Shown piece by piece: positions 15,041-28,500 of a stretch of DNA of 64,000 nt. The notes under the pieces are model-generated. The model did no database searches and was not told where the DNA came from. It saw only the letters and a list, made by a program, of their open reading frames with translations. The stretch covers positions 3,269,695-3,333,694 of the forward strand of contig NMRA01000001.1 in the NCBI GenBank assembly GCA_002633005.1. Direction: 5' to 3'. A program made the position numbers and the translations under genes. The first letter of the stretch is position 1; each line of letters starts with the position of its first letter. The DNA comes from Phoronis australis (taxonomy: Eukaryota; Animalia; Phoronida).

Positions 15041-18010
15041 GACATTACGCCAGGAAATGAATGACAGGCATGATTGACCAATCAGAATGCTGCATTCCAG
15101 ACACTCTTCCAGACGCAGTGCCAGTCGCCATCTTGTCCGACAAACATTAGCGGCTGTAGGACTAAACACGTTCAACTACAATGTGCATTTTAAATGGCCA
15201 AGAGGTGTTGTTGTGGTGGGTGTAATTCAGACAGTCATTATAATGACAGAGATGAAAGTCCAGTGAATTTTTGGCCTTTTCCAAAGCCTAAAAGTTACGT
15301 AATGAGCAAACGGTGGATTACTTAAACTGTGTGTACTCCCGCACGAGCAGCCTAAACTGTCAACATTGTTTGACCACTCGAAAGCTAAACACAAGTATGT
15401 TCTAAAGTATGCATTCTTTTTGATATTTCTTCCCAATATCGGAATTTTGGCTCTGGATTACAGTCTTTGTTAGGTGTGTGACCCGCTGCCTCTGGGATCA
15501 CTTTCTGGTTCATTATAACCATGGCATGACAACCATTTCCATGGCACTGACGAAAACGAGTTAAAATATAGTCAGTCAAGAGTCAAAATGCATTGCATGC
15601 CTACCTGCTTACCTATTAGAGGCTCCTACATCTATACTGATTGTGAGTGTTGTTATAGACCTATTCCTATTCCTTAGTAACTCCTCAGTCTTGTCCATGT
15701 CGAGCAAGGCTCGTGATATGTTATTATCTCGACAAAGATTGCCAGTAAAAGCCAAAGCGAAGGATTGAAAACTTTATTATGAACATCGGAGAAAATGCAC
15801 ATTAATTACCGAAAATATGTAGCATTTTGGCGCTACGCGTGGCACTACAGAAATGGCAAGCACGTACTGAGCAAATACGCAGTCCCCATATTGGTTGACA
15901 TGTACGTTGTATATATCTGAGCAGTGTTCTCCACATCTGAAAATCTAAACAGGTCGCCCGTGTAAAAACTGCAACGTGCCGGAACCGCGCGGCTGTCAAC
16001 GTTCTCCATAAAGCTAGTGTGCAGTTTTTTGTGCACCTTACTTTTACCCACTCATTTTAATAGTAATGCACAGTAGTGCAAACAAATAACTGTGTGTATT
16101 CAACTTTTTATTTTTAAAAGTTGGACTTATTTACAAACATATCACATACGTCATAACCCATTTGCTTAGTCAATGACTTTGAAATGGAAGTCTACAGAGT
16201 GTTTGATACAGTATGGGGAAATGTTTTAGGCTACTCAATAATGATGTCAATGTCAACTAAGTACAAAAAGTCTAACACAGAAGTAAACTTTTCCTATGAC
16301 GTAGACAGTCCAAGTGAATTGTCTTTGTTAAGTCAGTCACATTTTTATGTCTTGATTGTAGAGTTTACGTTTTCTCTCAGTCTGTACGTGTAATATCTTG
16401 CACATTCTTACAGTCTGAATTCGATGTTCTGAAGCTGGTACAACATATTGCACTTCTGCACAACCAGAACTCTTGTAAAAACTGCACAATACGCGAGTCC
16501 CTCTTGAATGCAAATAAAGTAGGGTGAACAAAACAATTCACTTGCGTTTTCCATCTAGGCCTACTTCACGGTAGTGTCAGGCCTGTTGATGAAAACCAAT
16601 ATTTCTAAAAAGATATCAACTGAAATATCAAGCGCTTGCAACTATGGAATTCCCATAATTTTCTGGATTGTCACAAACTCATTCTTCCAAATGAAAACCA
16701 TCTATTCTCATGTTAGAGCGAATTGTATTCATTTGTATTGCCGATGTCTGACGTTGTCGGCAAAAATTCGGTTCACCGTTTGTGACATGGATATCTTCGA
16801 TTCGTTGACCGAGCCCGGCAATATCACCACCATCCGGCCCTAGATTATCTGTCGTATCTGCATCTGAAACATCTCTCGGTTTTTAAAATAATCCTTCGGT
16901 TTAGCGGTGCTTCGCTTTCGCGCGGCAGACAACATTTCTAAGTATGTAGCATGCACATGTCCATTTGTAACGGAAGCCAGGATAGAATTCACTAACGTAA
17001 GGACCACGCTAGGTAAACAAAACTGTGCGAGATTACGCGAGATATTACCGCTTGATTTCAATGAGAGCACGTGATTTTGGCTGCAATTTCTCAGCGCGAA
17101 ACGCATGTACTTTGAACTTTACTCAGTGACATCACCCGCTGTCCCAAATCTCGGAATACTCCCCCAAAACCGCAAACGTCACAGCCACTATCGAATTTGA
17201 GTTTGCGAACGGCTCGGCAGATTTTTAGAGGGAGTATGCGCCACAAACATAATGTTCATTCTGCCAACGAAACTCCTTATAAGGCAACGAGATGAACTCG
17301 GTCAATCTCAATGGGCCGGTGGCACAAAAAGTAACCAATAATATTCATCTAAGTGAGAAATACACAAACAACAACCAATGAGAACCATCAAAGGCAGTTT
17401 CATGCAAATGTTTTTGAGATTGGTATCGGTAAAGTCTGTCGTGTGGCCCACGGAATATTGAAAAATGTGCTACGAAAACCAAAATTCTGGCCTCCCAGAA
17501 GACGGCCGTTGCATTAACTGCCGTGCAACGGTGTCTTTGCTGACAACATATACTTCGCAGAACTAACCACCGACCTTAATTATTTTATTTACAATGGGTA
17601 ATATGATTACCGTAGTTCTCCGCTGAACACAAAAACCTGACTGCAAAAGCGAAAAGGCCTAACGCAACGATCAGCGATTTCCGTGCCGGACTGCACCTCC
17701 AGTGAGCAGGTAGTGGATTAGGCGTATAGGTAGCACTGGGCCTTTGTTTAAACTGACTAGTTGTTCCGGATGAATTGAAAAGATAATCGAGAGATTATTT
17801 ACACGCCGCGTTACATCATAAATAGACTTGCGGCCCAGTCTGCCGCTTGAGTGTGATTAGGCTGGCCAAAACGGACCACCGACTTCCTTAGGCTTAGCCT
17901 TTAATTTATTCAGTTTCAATGGGCTATGGTCAGTTGCTGCCAAGCATAATTTGAACCAGTGAAGAACTTATTAACGACGACGACGCCTTTTTTACAAAGT
18001 AGTCCCTATA

Positions 18011-18130
18011 TTTTTAAACTGGTCGCGGGATTTTTAAACAGGACGCTGGATTTTTAAACAGGACGCTGGATTTTTAAACAAGACGCGGGACATTTAAACA
18101 GGACGCGTGCTCGGCCAAACAGGACGCTGC
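18011..18130. repeat. 20-bp minisatellite (TTTTTAAACAGGACGCTGGA), about 6 copies
   Basis: Direct tandem units, degenerate at both ends. Confidence 0.9.
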
Positions 18131-19097
18131 GACACGTTAAAAGTGGTCGTGGAGAACACTGCTGAGATATAAAACAACAGATAGGCAACATCCCGCAGTC
18201 GGCAAGAGTGCTTTGTTTAGTCTGTCTTCGGAGGTCATAATCACGGTCACCACTCAAGTACTGACCAAGTTGGGCTGGTGTTGCTTCGTCAAAATCACTA
18301 CATTTGAAATGTTAATTTGAATGGTTACAGTTACTCCGAATTTCGACTTGTTACGTGTGTCTGTCACAGCGCCGGCTCGACCATCGGCGATCACTGGACA
18401 CGAAATTCTCTGCTAAACTGTTACAGTTACAGCTCAGTAGGTTTCTTGATCTCCTCAATATTTTAGTAAAACGTTTGTTTTGCTTTGTTATTCATTAAGA
18501 ATTTTTACTATTATTTTTAACTGTATTTGTGCAGTTTTTGTCGACGCTGATGTCAACTATATGAGGCTCGTCGGACTTGCGTAGACTTCTGAACATCCGC
18601 GGGCGGTTTACATGTCAGGTGTCCTCGACGTAAATCTTCACCCCGTTCCCGTTCTGACTGCTGTTGCCTTTTGTCTTTGTCATGGCGGTGCACTGCAACA
18701 ATTTAGGTCTAAATTATTGCAAAAATGATGTATTTTGATTAGAAAACAGATTAATTTCTGTGATGCTGTTAATGAAAAAGAAGTGAAAATAAATACGCGA
18801 ACAACCTTTATTTCAAACAATAACCAAAACGATGCCTTCTGCTGCATGAATGGCAACAACGCCTGTGAAAATAATTAAAATCTACCTTTGTTTTAATGAC
18901 GACAAGGCAGCGGCCAATGATTGCATGAAGATAATTCCCACAATCAAGCCTCAAATGGCTAAACCGATCAGCTAGCTTTTCTTGTGATGGTCATGGTTCT
19001 ATGGAACTCATTCCTGGTCTCCATCAACTGTCAAGTCTTTCCAAGCTCTCTAGTCACCTCTAGTTAAGACCAGTTTCTTAACTGTAAGTGGTCTTAA

Positions 19098-19447
19098 AAG
19101 GATACTAAACCCTGTTTTGGATGATTTCAACCAATCCTCGTTCTGTCACCTGCTAATGTATTATTGACATCAGTCTTCCAAGTTAATCACAGGAATCAAT
19201 TAAAAACTCACTCCATATGTCACAGATTAGACATTATGGTCCTTAGTGGGTGGTCTATTCCCACAGTTGCTGTGTAATTCCCTAAAAGCGTTGGTCACGC
19301 TTGCCTATTTAGCAGACTTTGAACGTTCAAATTTCCCCTAACTTGAGGGTTGTCGAGGGTTACAGAACATTATTTTGTTTCAGAGAATTGGATGTGAAAG
19401 TCGTTTTTAGTATCTGATAAATAGCCAAAACTGGGTTTAGTATCCTT
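19098..19447. mobile_element. TTAA-type MITE, copy 2 (best preserved)
   Basis: Perfect 15-bp TIR AAGGATACTAAACCC/GGGTTTAGTATCCTT with TTAA at 19094-19097 and 19448-19451. Confidence 0.9.
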
Positions 19448-19565
19448 TTAACTAATTTGTTGAAATTTCGACAAAAGGAAGACTCTCAGCAGCTTGAAGC
19501 ATCATTGGTCGATTGACTTATTTTTGAATTAAGTAATTAACTAATCTTTACAGGTTTACTGAAGA

Positions 19566-22500
19566 ATGTCCTACCCGCCCCGCCCTCCCCACATGGGTAT
19601 GCCTATGATGCCCCCAGGGTACAACTACCCACCCATGGGAATGATGCCAATGGGTATGCCGATGGTACCACCAGTAAGTATTTTTATTTTAGTGAAAATG
19701 TACACTTCTTACAGTAAGCAAAGGTCACTTAGTTTTTGCTTTAAAATGTTATATTGAAGCAAAGACTATTGCATACTGACAGTCTTCAAAAGATCCCTGT
19801 CTCAAAACTTGTTTTGTTGAGAGCTGGGAAAATTTGTTTTGCCAGCTGGTCTGGCTTTTAGATTTTTTAATAAAAGTCTTAACTTGACCTAGTTAAACTT
19901 TTTTTACTGCCAAGTTAATTGTAGAACTGCTTTTCCCAGTGCCAATCAAATGTTGAGGGTAGTTAGAACATAGGACGCGGTCACTAAATATGCCGTGAAG
20001 TTGTTATTTGTCTGGATTGTTATGAAACTTTCAGGGTAAGATTCACTTACGTTATTTTGTGATTTTTTAAAATTAAAATGCCATATGTTGAGAGAAGTAT
20101 TCGCCGGCTGGAATATTCAAGATTTCAGGTGAGAAAAATATATCAATGGTCAATGAAGGGGTTTGGGTTAAAATATGAAGCTCCACCACCCATGGTACAT
20201 ACCTCGCGTTATATCTTACATTTCTAGTTCGGATTTCTAATTTCAATCATATTTTGGTCAATTGAATGTTGATGTTGAGTTGTCCTTGTCATCTGATAAT
20301 GCGATTTGGCAGTGAATGGGTAAGTTGCCGTTGGCATCGAGAGATTTAATTCAGTCGAAGAGGATAAAGTCCGAATGTCTTCGTAATACTTGGTGTCCTC
20401 TAATGTTGCATATTTAATATTCTGTAGCTAGTATCATGCTTTTGGTGATCGTTCATCAGGTGATGCCCCCTAATACTGTTCCACCTCCTCCAAAACCAAC
20501 AAAGAAGCCAGCTGCCCAAGATACTACCAAGGTAAGTCCTTGTGAATTTTGGTTTGGGTAAATATTACCCGTCGGCTTATTCTGCCAAGAAGTTTATTGG
20601 TGAGCTTTTTGTAAATTCTGTATACTTACCAATGTGTTTACTGTGGTTAGCGCAAAGTTTTTGTTAACCTAAATCTTGACAGATTGGCATCCTAGAATGG
20701 ATTTTGAATCTGGTTTTGATTTTGATGAAGTGGTCAAAATGCATTTGTAAGAGCTTGTTGCAGAAATCACTTCAAATTTGAATAAAAACAGGTAACAGTC
20801 AGTGACAAGAAACAAAAGTTTGTGTCTTTTCGCAGAAAGCTGGTTGATAGCAGCTTTAACATTCAATGTCAAAAATGGTTTAGTTTGAAGTATTGAAAGT
20901 GTTGAAGTTCTTCAACTGGCTCTTAATTGTTGCGGTGACTCAAGATGCATTTCCTGATTTGCCCTCGTAGGACAAGGGAGAGAAGCCGCCGGTAACCACT
21001 GTGTTTGTAGGCAACATCAGTGACCGTGCCCCTGACCCCATGATACGGCAGATGCTCAACAGGTGTGGCAATGTGATCAGCTGGAAGAGGGTACAGGGTG
21101 CATCAGGCAAACTACAGGGTGAGCAGGTCGAGGATTTAGGTGTTCGTTAAGAGCTTGAAATAATCCCTTGATATGCTGCTTAACCTTCATAATCAACAAA
21201 AAGAGACTCGCTGTTAAATTAATGGTGTTCTCGCCTTTATTGTCAGAAGCTACACAAACTTATCCAATCTATTTTTTTTAGAAAATTTACTTAGCCACCC
21301 AGTGACAATCGCTTTTTTTCATGACCTCGACTTGGCTTAGTTTTGATGTGCGGCAGTCTGATTGTCCGACATTTGACGAGCAAGGATCGCGTCATCATTG
21401 TTGAACTGTATAAGTGCCCTGATTTCTGTCTAATGTGTAAGGTGCAGGAAGTGCTGTTGACAAACTGTTTTCTATCTTCAGCATTTGGTTTCTGTGAATA
21501 TGAAGATCCCGAAGCCACACTGCGATGTATCCGACTGCTCAACGACTGGACAATAGCTGAGAAAAAACTTGTGGTATGTCATACCGACCTAAGCATGAGA
21601 GTGAACACTGACTGAAATTGAAGTGCCATTAGATTCGGGCAGTTTTTGTCACCATTCGGTCTCTTACCTATGTAAACTGCAATGTACATTAAGGACTTAT
21701 GTCCTAGTTTTATAGAAATCCAATTTTATTCTTGCATGCTTGTCCAACTAATTTGACCAATGCTTGGATCTTCATTCTTAGGATTGAAGCGGTTTACAGC
21801 TTTTTAGTGTAGTTTTTTTTTGTTGAATACCAAACCTGTCTAGGAGGAGATGTGTGTATTACCTATCACAAAATAAAAACTGGAGTCACAGCTTGAAGCT
21901 GGACAGTTGTGGTATAAATGCCTTTTCTATGTAACTTACCATCTCATGATCCTGTAACCTCTGTTAATGCACCTATAAAACTTATTCGTAGTTCGCAATA
22001 AATATGGCAAAAATTCTTGTCTACTCGTACTCCTCATTTAGGTGTGGAATTTTATGAGAAGGCAGAGAGGGTGTCTATCAATAGGTAGATCTGCCTCTTA
22101 AACGTATCATTCACAAAGGCATTCTTTCAGCCGTCATACGAGTAATTAACGGTAAACATTATTTTGCAAAAATTGTAATATTCTGGCCAGTCACATGCGA
22201 TCACCATAGAACAATAGAGCCTAACTACAAATCATGTCATTGGAGTGTAGCCTTCTCATATTAAGAATGCCTTCCATCTGATCTGAGGTGCTGATGATAA
22301 GATGGTTGATCAAACGTCTGACGAGCATTCACATGGGAATTTTTCAGGCGACTGAGATGTGATTATGCTAAGACTCCCTAATAATATCACTAAGTGTTTT
22401 GATGTTTAATATAAAAAAGTGGACCTTGTGTTGTGATTTATCTCTATTTATTTGAGCAGCAGTCACTTTGATACACTGCTATGTGGCCTATTGTACTTCA

Positions 22501-25500
22501 GGTAAAGGTGGATGCCAAAACCAAGGCGCAATTGGAAGAATGGAAGGGGAAAAAAGACAGCAAGAACGGTGAAGAGACTAGTGGTGCTGATGGAGACGGC
22601 ACAGGAGAGGACGAGGAAGAGTTCTCACAGAGGGAGGACCGTGTGGCTAAAGGTAGGGCAATGGACGACTCCACGAAACTGGTTTTTCAATTGTTTTGTG
22701 CAAGGATTGTGGAAAAGCTGACCGAAGCGCCTTGAAGAATAAACGAAGGTGCTGTAGAGGGCAGCACTTGACAAAATTGAATGATACCGGGGTTTTCCAT
22801 AGATAAGCCCACACGATGAAACGCCCATGAATGTTTATTCGGAAAATTACCTTTTAAAAGCCCACTAAGCGTCGACTTTTAGTCATAAATTCAGTCTTGT
22901 GTAGCATTTATCATTTATAAAAACAAACAAAGTGCTGGCGAGCTATTCATTTATTAACATGAAATTTAAAAACATTTTAAGTAAAAAATGTCACTTTGGA
23001 AACCTATGACTTTCTGTTTACACGTCCCTTTTTCCGAATAAATGCACGGGCGATTATTTGGTGTTACTAAAACATCTGGAATTTTTCATTTTCCAAATAC
23101 ATGCCGTTGGGCTTAACTACGGAAAATCCCAGTAAACGAAAATGAGGATGCCGAGGATGGCAACGCCAGGGGAAAATGGACAAATGATTTTCCACATCTG
23201 TGCCATACCATGCGCTAAATAGGTGACCTAATAACTGTGTTACTTCAATAGCACAACACTCCATTAGTTTGGTTATCACTTTCAATTGACTACTTTGTGA
23301 GATACAGTGCAGAGTCACATCATGACAGACAGGTGATGTTCTGCTCGATAAGCTTGCAGTTGATTTGGGATGGGCAGCACTGGCGTGTCTGGGACGATGT
23401 AGTAGAGGCAAATAAAGTTTTAAAACAAACAATGTCCATGTCAGCTCTAAAATGGCATCCTGACATTCTGTATTTCTTCTCATTTGGTTGTGTCTGTAGA
23501 GGCCCCCCTGAAGGAGTATTTACATATCGTATATCTACATCTGCTGGTTGTGTTGCTTGGGATGATCACTATTCCACAATCCTTTGTGTAGTAGATGTTT
23601 CTCGCTGTCCGTAAAAAGGTCAATGACAACATAAGAAGGTTGCGTGTGGTAACTTAAGCACTATTTATTGTTATTTACGGTGAACTTTTGTACTGAGATA
23701 AACCCCTCTCATAGAAAAGCACGCGCAAATTTCCTTACGTTGAATTTTGTTGAACTATTCCCCATTATAAGTACCATTTGCCCACAGCTGGTCTGGATGC
23801 TATCATGCGTGAGTACACTAAGGATCTGACGAAAGCACCGCCCCCGGAAATACACAAGGAGGAGCCAGTTGTCATGCTGCCCACACTGGATAAGAAGAAG
23901 ATAATGGCTAATGACATCATCAGGGACGAGGTAAGGGGTGACTTGGATGCGCGTCATATGGTCAGATAGGGTGTGTGGCGAGGTACAAGTCTTGTGGTGC
24001 GGTGTTGGCGTGTACACATGACAGAGACGGAGTGAGGGGTGTTGGTGATTAAGCAAGACACGGATGTAGTCGGGGCATTACAGGCTGTTCACACAGCATA
24101 GCTGGGGGATGTATACACTTTTAAGTCATGGTCGTTGCATTGTCTGCATTGCGAGGAATTTCTGGGCATGCGAAAAGTTTATTCTCTTCATAGGATAAAA
24201 TAGAATTTTTCGTTCAAGACTGGCTGAATAGCTGGCAACATCTGCCCAATAAGTAAACATTTTTTTATCGACCTTTGTCAGCTGTGCCAAAATGAAGCCT
24301 GACTTTTGGGTCCTCAAAAACACTCTAATTCAAAGGCTGGGTGACTTGATTTATTGACTAATAGTCGCCCAGCTTACAACTGGACGTTTAGGCATAGCCC
24401 AGTTAAAAGAAGTTTGTGCTTTCCTGCAGGGGCTGGATGGAGTTGTTGAAGAAGAAAAGAAGGACATAATCAGTCGAGAGATTGGTCGGTTCCGGGACCT
24501 TCATAAGGTAACTATCTTTCAGCTTAAACTTTGAAAATTTTGTGCAATTCATATTTATCAAGAACTGTTTGCGTATGAAGTTACGGCAAAGTGACAAATG
24601 TTTATTTTGCTGGTTATTAAATTCTGCACCGTTGTATTATAACTGTGATGTGTCTATTTTATGACAACGTTGTTGGCTGAGAAGTGCTTTTGTAATGAAG
24701 ACGTGATCTCTCTTGTCTTCACATTCTGTCAAGGTCTTGGTCCTGTTGTCAATTTAGAATTGATGATATTCGTAGTGATGAAAACGTGATGACAACGTCA
24801 AGGACGTCGACGATGACGGATGTTGGTGGTAGTGAAGACAGTGATGACGACGATGATGGCTGAAACTGAAGGTGGTGAATACGGTGATGATAATGATGAC
24901 GACATTGACAATGGCATTGATGGTGGCAGTGAATAAGACTGATAATGACAACAGCAGCGACAATGGTGACGGGAATGACTGTAGTGACGACAATGATAAT
25001 TAAATTTTTCTTTTTCTACACCCCCTCTGTCTTGTGGTCTCATCATTAATTAGGCCTTATTTATCCAAATAAACACTAGATTTTCTACAAGAGTCCGGAA
25101 TCCAGCCATGTTGCTCAGCCGCCACGCTATAGCGCTGTTACTGTTTAAAATGTGTTCTAGGACCCCCACTCGGGTAAGTCCGTCCATATATATTTTGTGT
25201 CTAGGTTCAACAAGTTCCATTTTCCCTGTGCTCTTAAGGTATGTGTACATTCAGTATATTCCTGTAGTTGTTTTGTTTAAGAGTTTCTTGCAACACAATG
25301 GCGTAATCTTATTGAATTCCCAGTTGTGAAAAATATGTTTCCGTAGCTGAATTACTTGGTCATCTTTCTTAGAAGACATCACTTTTTATTTCACTCCAAA
25401 CTGCTTTTTCCAAGTACAAAGTCTCATCAGTGTCAGTAAATTGCTAAAATGTCTTAAGAATTTCTTGTTTATGGCTCCATGGTCTTGTGGTTTTCAAGAG

Positions 25501-28500
25501 ATTTTCGAGGTGAGTGGGAACTGTTCTAAAGGTCTTAGTTTTGAAGGTGTTAGGTCAGAGGTGAGTGATTGTTACTACTACAAACTTCGTATTAATTTGT
25601 TAATTTGTCACACTCTTCTTGCTTGACCGCAGTTTATATTTCAGTGTTTCAAGTGCTGCAGGAACATGAGAGCTTAATTAAGTATTGTTTTCCTGGGCAT
25701 CCAGGCTTCTTGAAAATTTTTTGATGAATTATTTGCCAAAGCAGACATTCGAATTCACAGAATGTGTGCCAGCGTGTTAAGTGTAATTTGACCCTGTGAA
25801 AAAAGTGGCTTTCACAACCAATCATGTCTGGTGACAGTTTTTGGTCCAGCTTTTGTGCTAGACTTGGAGTCACGCATTTGTAAAGTACGCTGGAGTTACT
25901 GTTTGTATTCGTGGAAAAGCTAATTAGTTGCTCATTGCCTGCCAGTAGAAGCCACTGGCTTGTCTCGGATGTTTGACAGGTTGATTGTGCTTACGAGTAG
26001 CTGTCGTCCAGAAGACTGGGTGGTGATCATCAACAGTCATCAGCAAGTAAATTGGTAGAAATCTGTTGTAGTCTGGTGAAATTTTGTCTTTCGGGACACC
26101 CCGGCAAACGGTGAGTGGCCACTCGAATCCACAGACGGTGTGTACGTCTGGTGGCTGTTTATCTAATTCAGCGATTCGTGGCAGCCACTCGTTTGTGCGG
26201 ATGGAAGCTAAATAAAGAAATCTCTGTTCTGTCCATCTTTCCAGTCTGGCACATAAGGTTTTAAATAATGTGTGAAATTTAAATCTCCGCAAGGTATTAC
26301 GTCACTGAGCACGACCCAGACATGTGCTAATTGGTCACTGGCGTGTAAAAGCCTTGTGACTCCAATTAGAGGCATGTTCAATGAGTCTACAAATCTGCTT
26401 TGTCGGGTTGCACTTTGTGACGTAATATCGTAAGGTGACTGGAGCAGTTTATATTTTGACTAATTCATCAATTCAGTGAATGCAGCATTTGTGGACAAGA
26501 CTAGCTATATTGACACATAGCCAGGCTGGAAATAATTGTGACATTGGCCCAACTGACATTCGCTCATTGTCTATTTGAAGGACGAAGAAGAAGATTCCTC
26601 GGACAAGGACGCCACCAAAAGGCGACAGGACAGGGAACGGGAACGAGAGAAGAGACGACTGCGTGAGCTCCAAGAACAGGAGCGAGAACGACGCGAAAAA
26701 CAACAACGGGAGAAGGATCGCGAGAAGGAGAGGCAGAGAAGGAGGTCACGGACAAGGTCAAAGTCAAGGACACCAAGATCGCGGTCAAGGTCGCGGGAAA
26801 GAGAAAGGGAGAGGGAGAGAGACAGGTATGATGTCAAATACGGGCTGCGGATTGTAGATTGTTGGATGTTGTTAAGAACTATGGCACTTGTTCAAATTTA
26901 CGCCAGGGCTTTTTAATCAAAAGGATGGGTATTAAACTGAGTGCAACAAAACACGGCACATGAAAATTAATTTTTTTAAATTTGAGTTTCAATGTTTAGC
27001 AGAATGTGGATGTTTACTCGAATGAATAATGGTAAAACTCCATTACTTTCCAAAATTACCAAACTCCTGGGAAATGGTCATTCTTTCTGACCATTTGCTA
27101 TTGAAAACGATGTAAAGAGATACGTTAGAGTGTTGCCTGTCTTGTTGGGAATTTTGAACATGACAGTCTGGCTGCTGTCGTATTGGAGGCAGGAAGAGGA
27201 GGGGGAGACACTGGGAAAACGTCTGGCATGAGGTCCTTTGGAGGGGACAGTGCTTAGTTATTTTTCATCTCCTTTGTAAAAAGTCATAGTTTCCATATAT
27301 CGGCTAATTTGTGGTGTCCTACTTAGAAGTTGGCGAGATTCTTCATTCCTTTTTGCTGAACCACAAAATAGTCCATATGTGTTGAAGCTATTTAATGTTC
27401 TCTCGTTTGCAAAGTTTGTTTTTACCTTTTTCAGCAGGACAAAAGCTGAGAAACCTAAGTGAGTTTATTTTGTTTAATATCAGATGTCTTGTGACAAGGA
27501 TGGTCAATTATTGCCTTGTTTATCCTCGGACAGTGAAATTGCATTATTTGTGTGTGTTAAGCCTACTGAACATGTTCAGACATTTTGTGAAACGAGTGTT
27601 TGAATGAAATGTTTTTCTATATTGAGTGATTGGCTTACATGTACAGAATTAAGCATAAATCGAATGATGGTGCCATTAAATATTCCTATTGGAAGTGTTC
27701 ATTTCTGTGTCATTTGATAAAAAAGCAAAGGCACTACCAGCACAAGTGCTCAGATTAGCTAGAATTCTGAATTTATTTGACCCAATAACTATGTAACGCC
27801 ACGCGTGTGTGTTCACCATACTCAGTGACCTGGCACTCTCTGCTGAAACTTTTGAGCAAAACAGTGTTGCAGGTTTTGTTATTGTAAAATGTGTTGAGTA
27901 GGGTCAAGAATGTAGAATTTATAGCATTTTGTGCCAGCTAGTTCCTAGTCATTGTCCCAGATTTACTCATTTGAGCTTATGACGCATAGACATTACTTTG
28001 AAAGGGTGTTCCATCAACACAGAATTTCTGCATTTTGAAAGCATCTACTGAATGGTAGTTAGTTTTTAAATTAAGTGCTTAAACCACCATTTACCTTCTT
28101 TCAAAAGGTGACAACATTGTTAGCATAATTGAACGTTCCTTTAAAGCACTGCATATCACAATCGTGAATTCGATGTCCCATAAACGATAGAATAGAAAAA
28201 GAAAGTTTCTTAGCTCCACGACCATGAGTGAGATGTATGAACGTATGCACTACCAGTCATGTCCACCATTATGCCAGTTTCTTGTACAAACGTGTGTCAT
28301 ATCCACGCTTCTCTGATGTTCCGCGGGAAGGTGAAAAGTGCCACATCGTTTCACAACCATTGCAGACGCAATGCCTCGCTACTTTTTGTTGTATCATAAA
28401 CCATGAACTGTGATTGGTTGTCCTGAATCCATGTAGATTGTATCGACCAATAAATGATCGAAACTCAAAATCAGCTATTTAACAAGTCGTCAGATAGTGT

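Noticed and set aside
15070-15146. Similarity to 33172-33240 (tgacca.tcagaa.gc.gcattc ... agtcgccat.tt..ccgacaaaca)
   Set aside because: Probably fragments of a dispersed repeat; element ends could not be defined, so it is not listed as a feature.
17330-17425. CCAAT boxes plus octamer ATGCAAAT suggesting a histone or snRNA promoter
   Set aside because: No histone ORF or recognisable snRNA nearby; it may belong to the RBM25 promoter but this cannot be supported.
22291-22356. Possible intronic C/D-box snoRNA (TGATGA ... CTGA)
   Set aside because: No terminal stem and no rRNA-complementary guide I could recognise; needs snoscan or Infernal.
24754-25046. His/Cys-rich minus-strand ORFs
   Set aside because: Translation artefact of a degenerate trinucleotide repeat in an intron.
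26473-26837. Minus-strand S/L/R-rich ORFs
   Set aside because: Antisense of the low-complexity RE/RS exon of RBM25.
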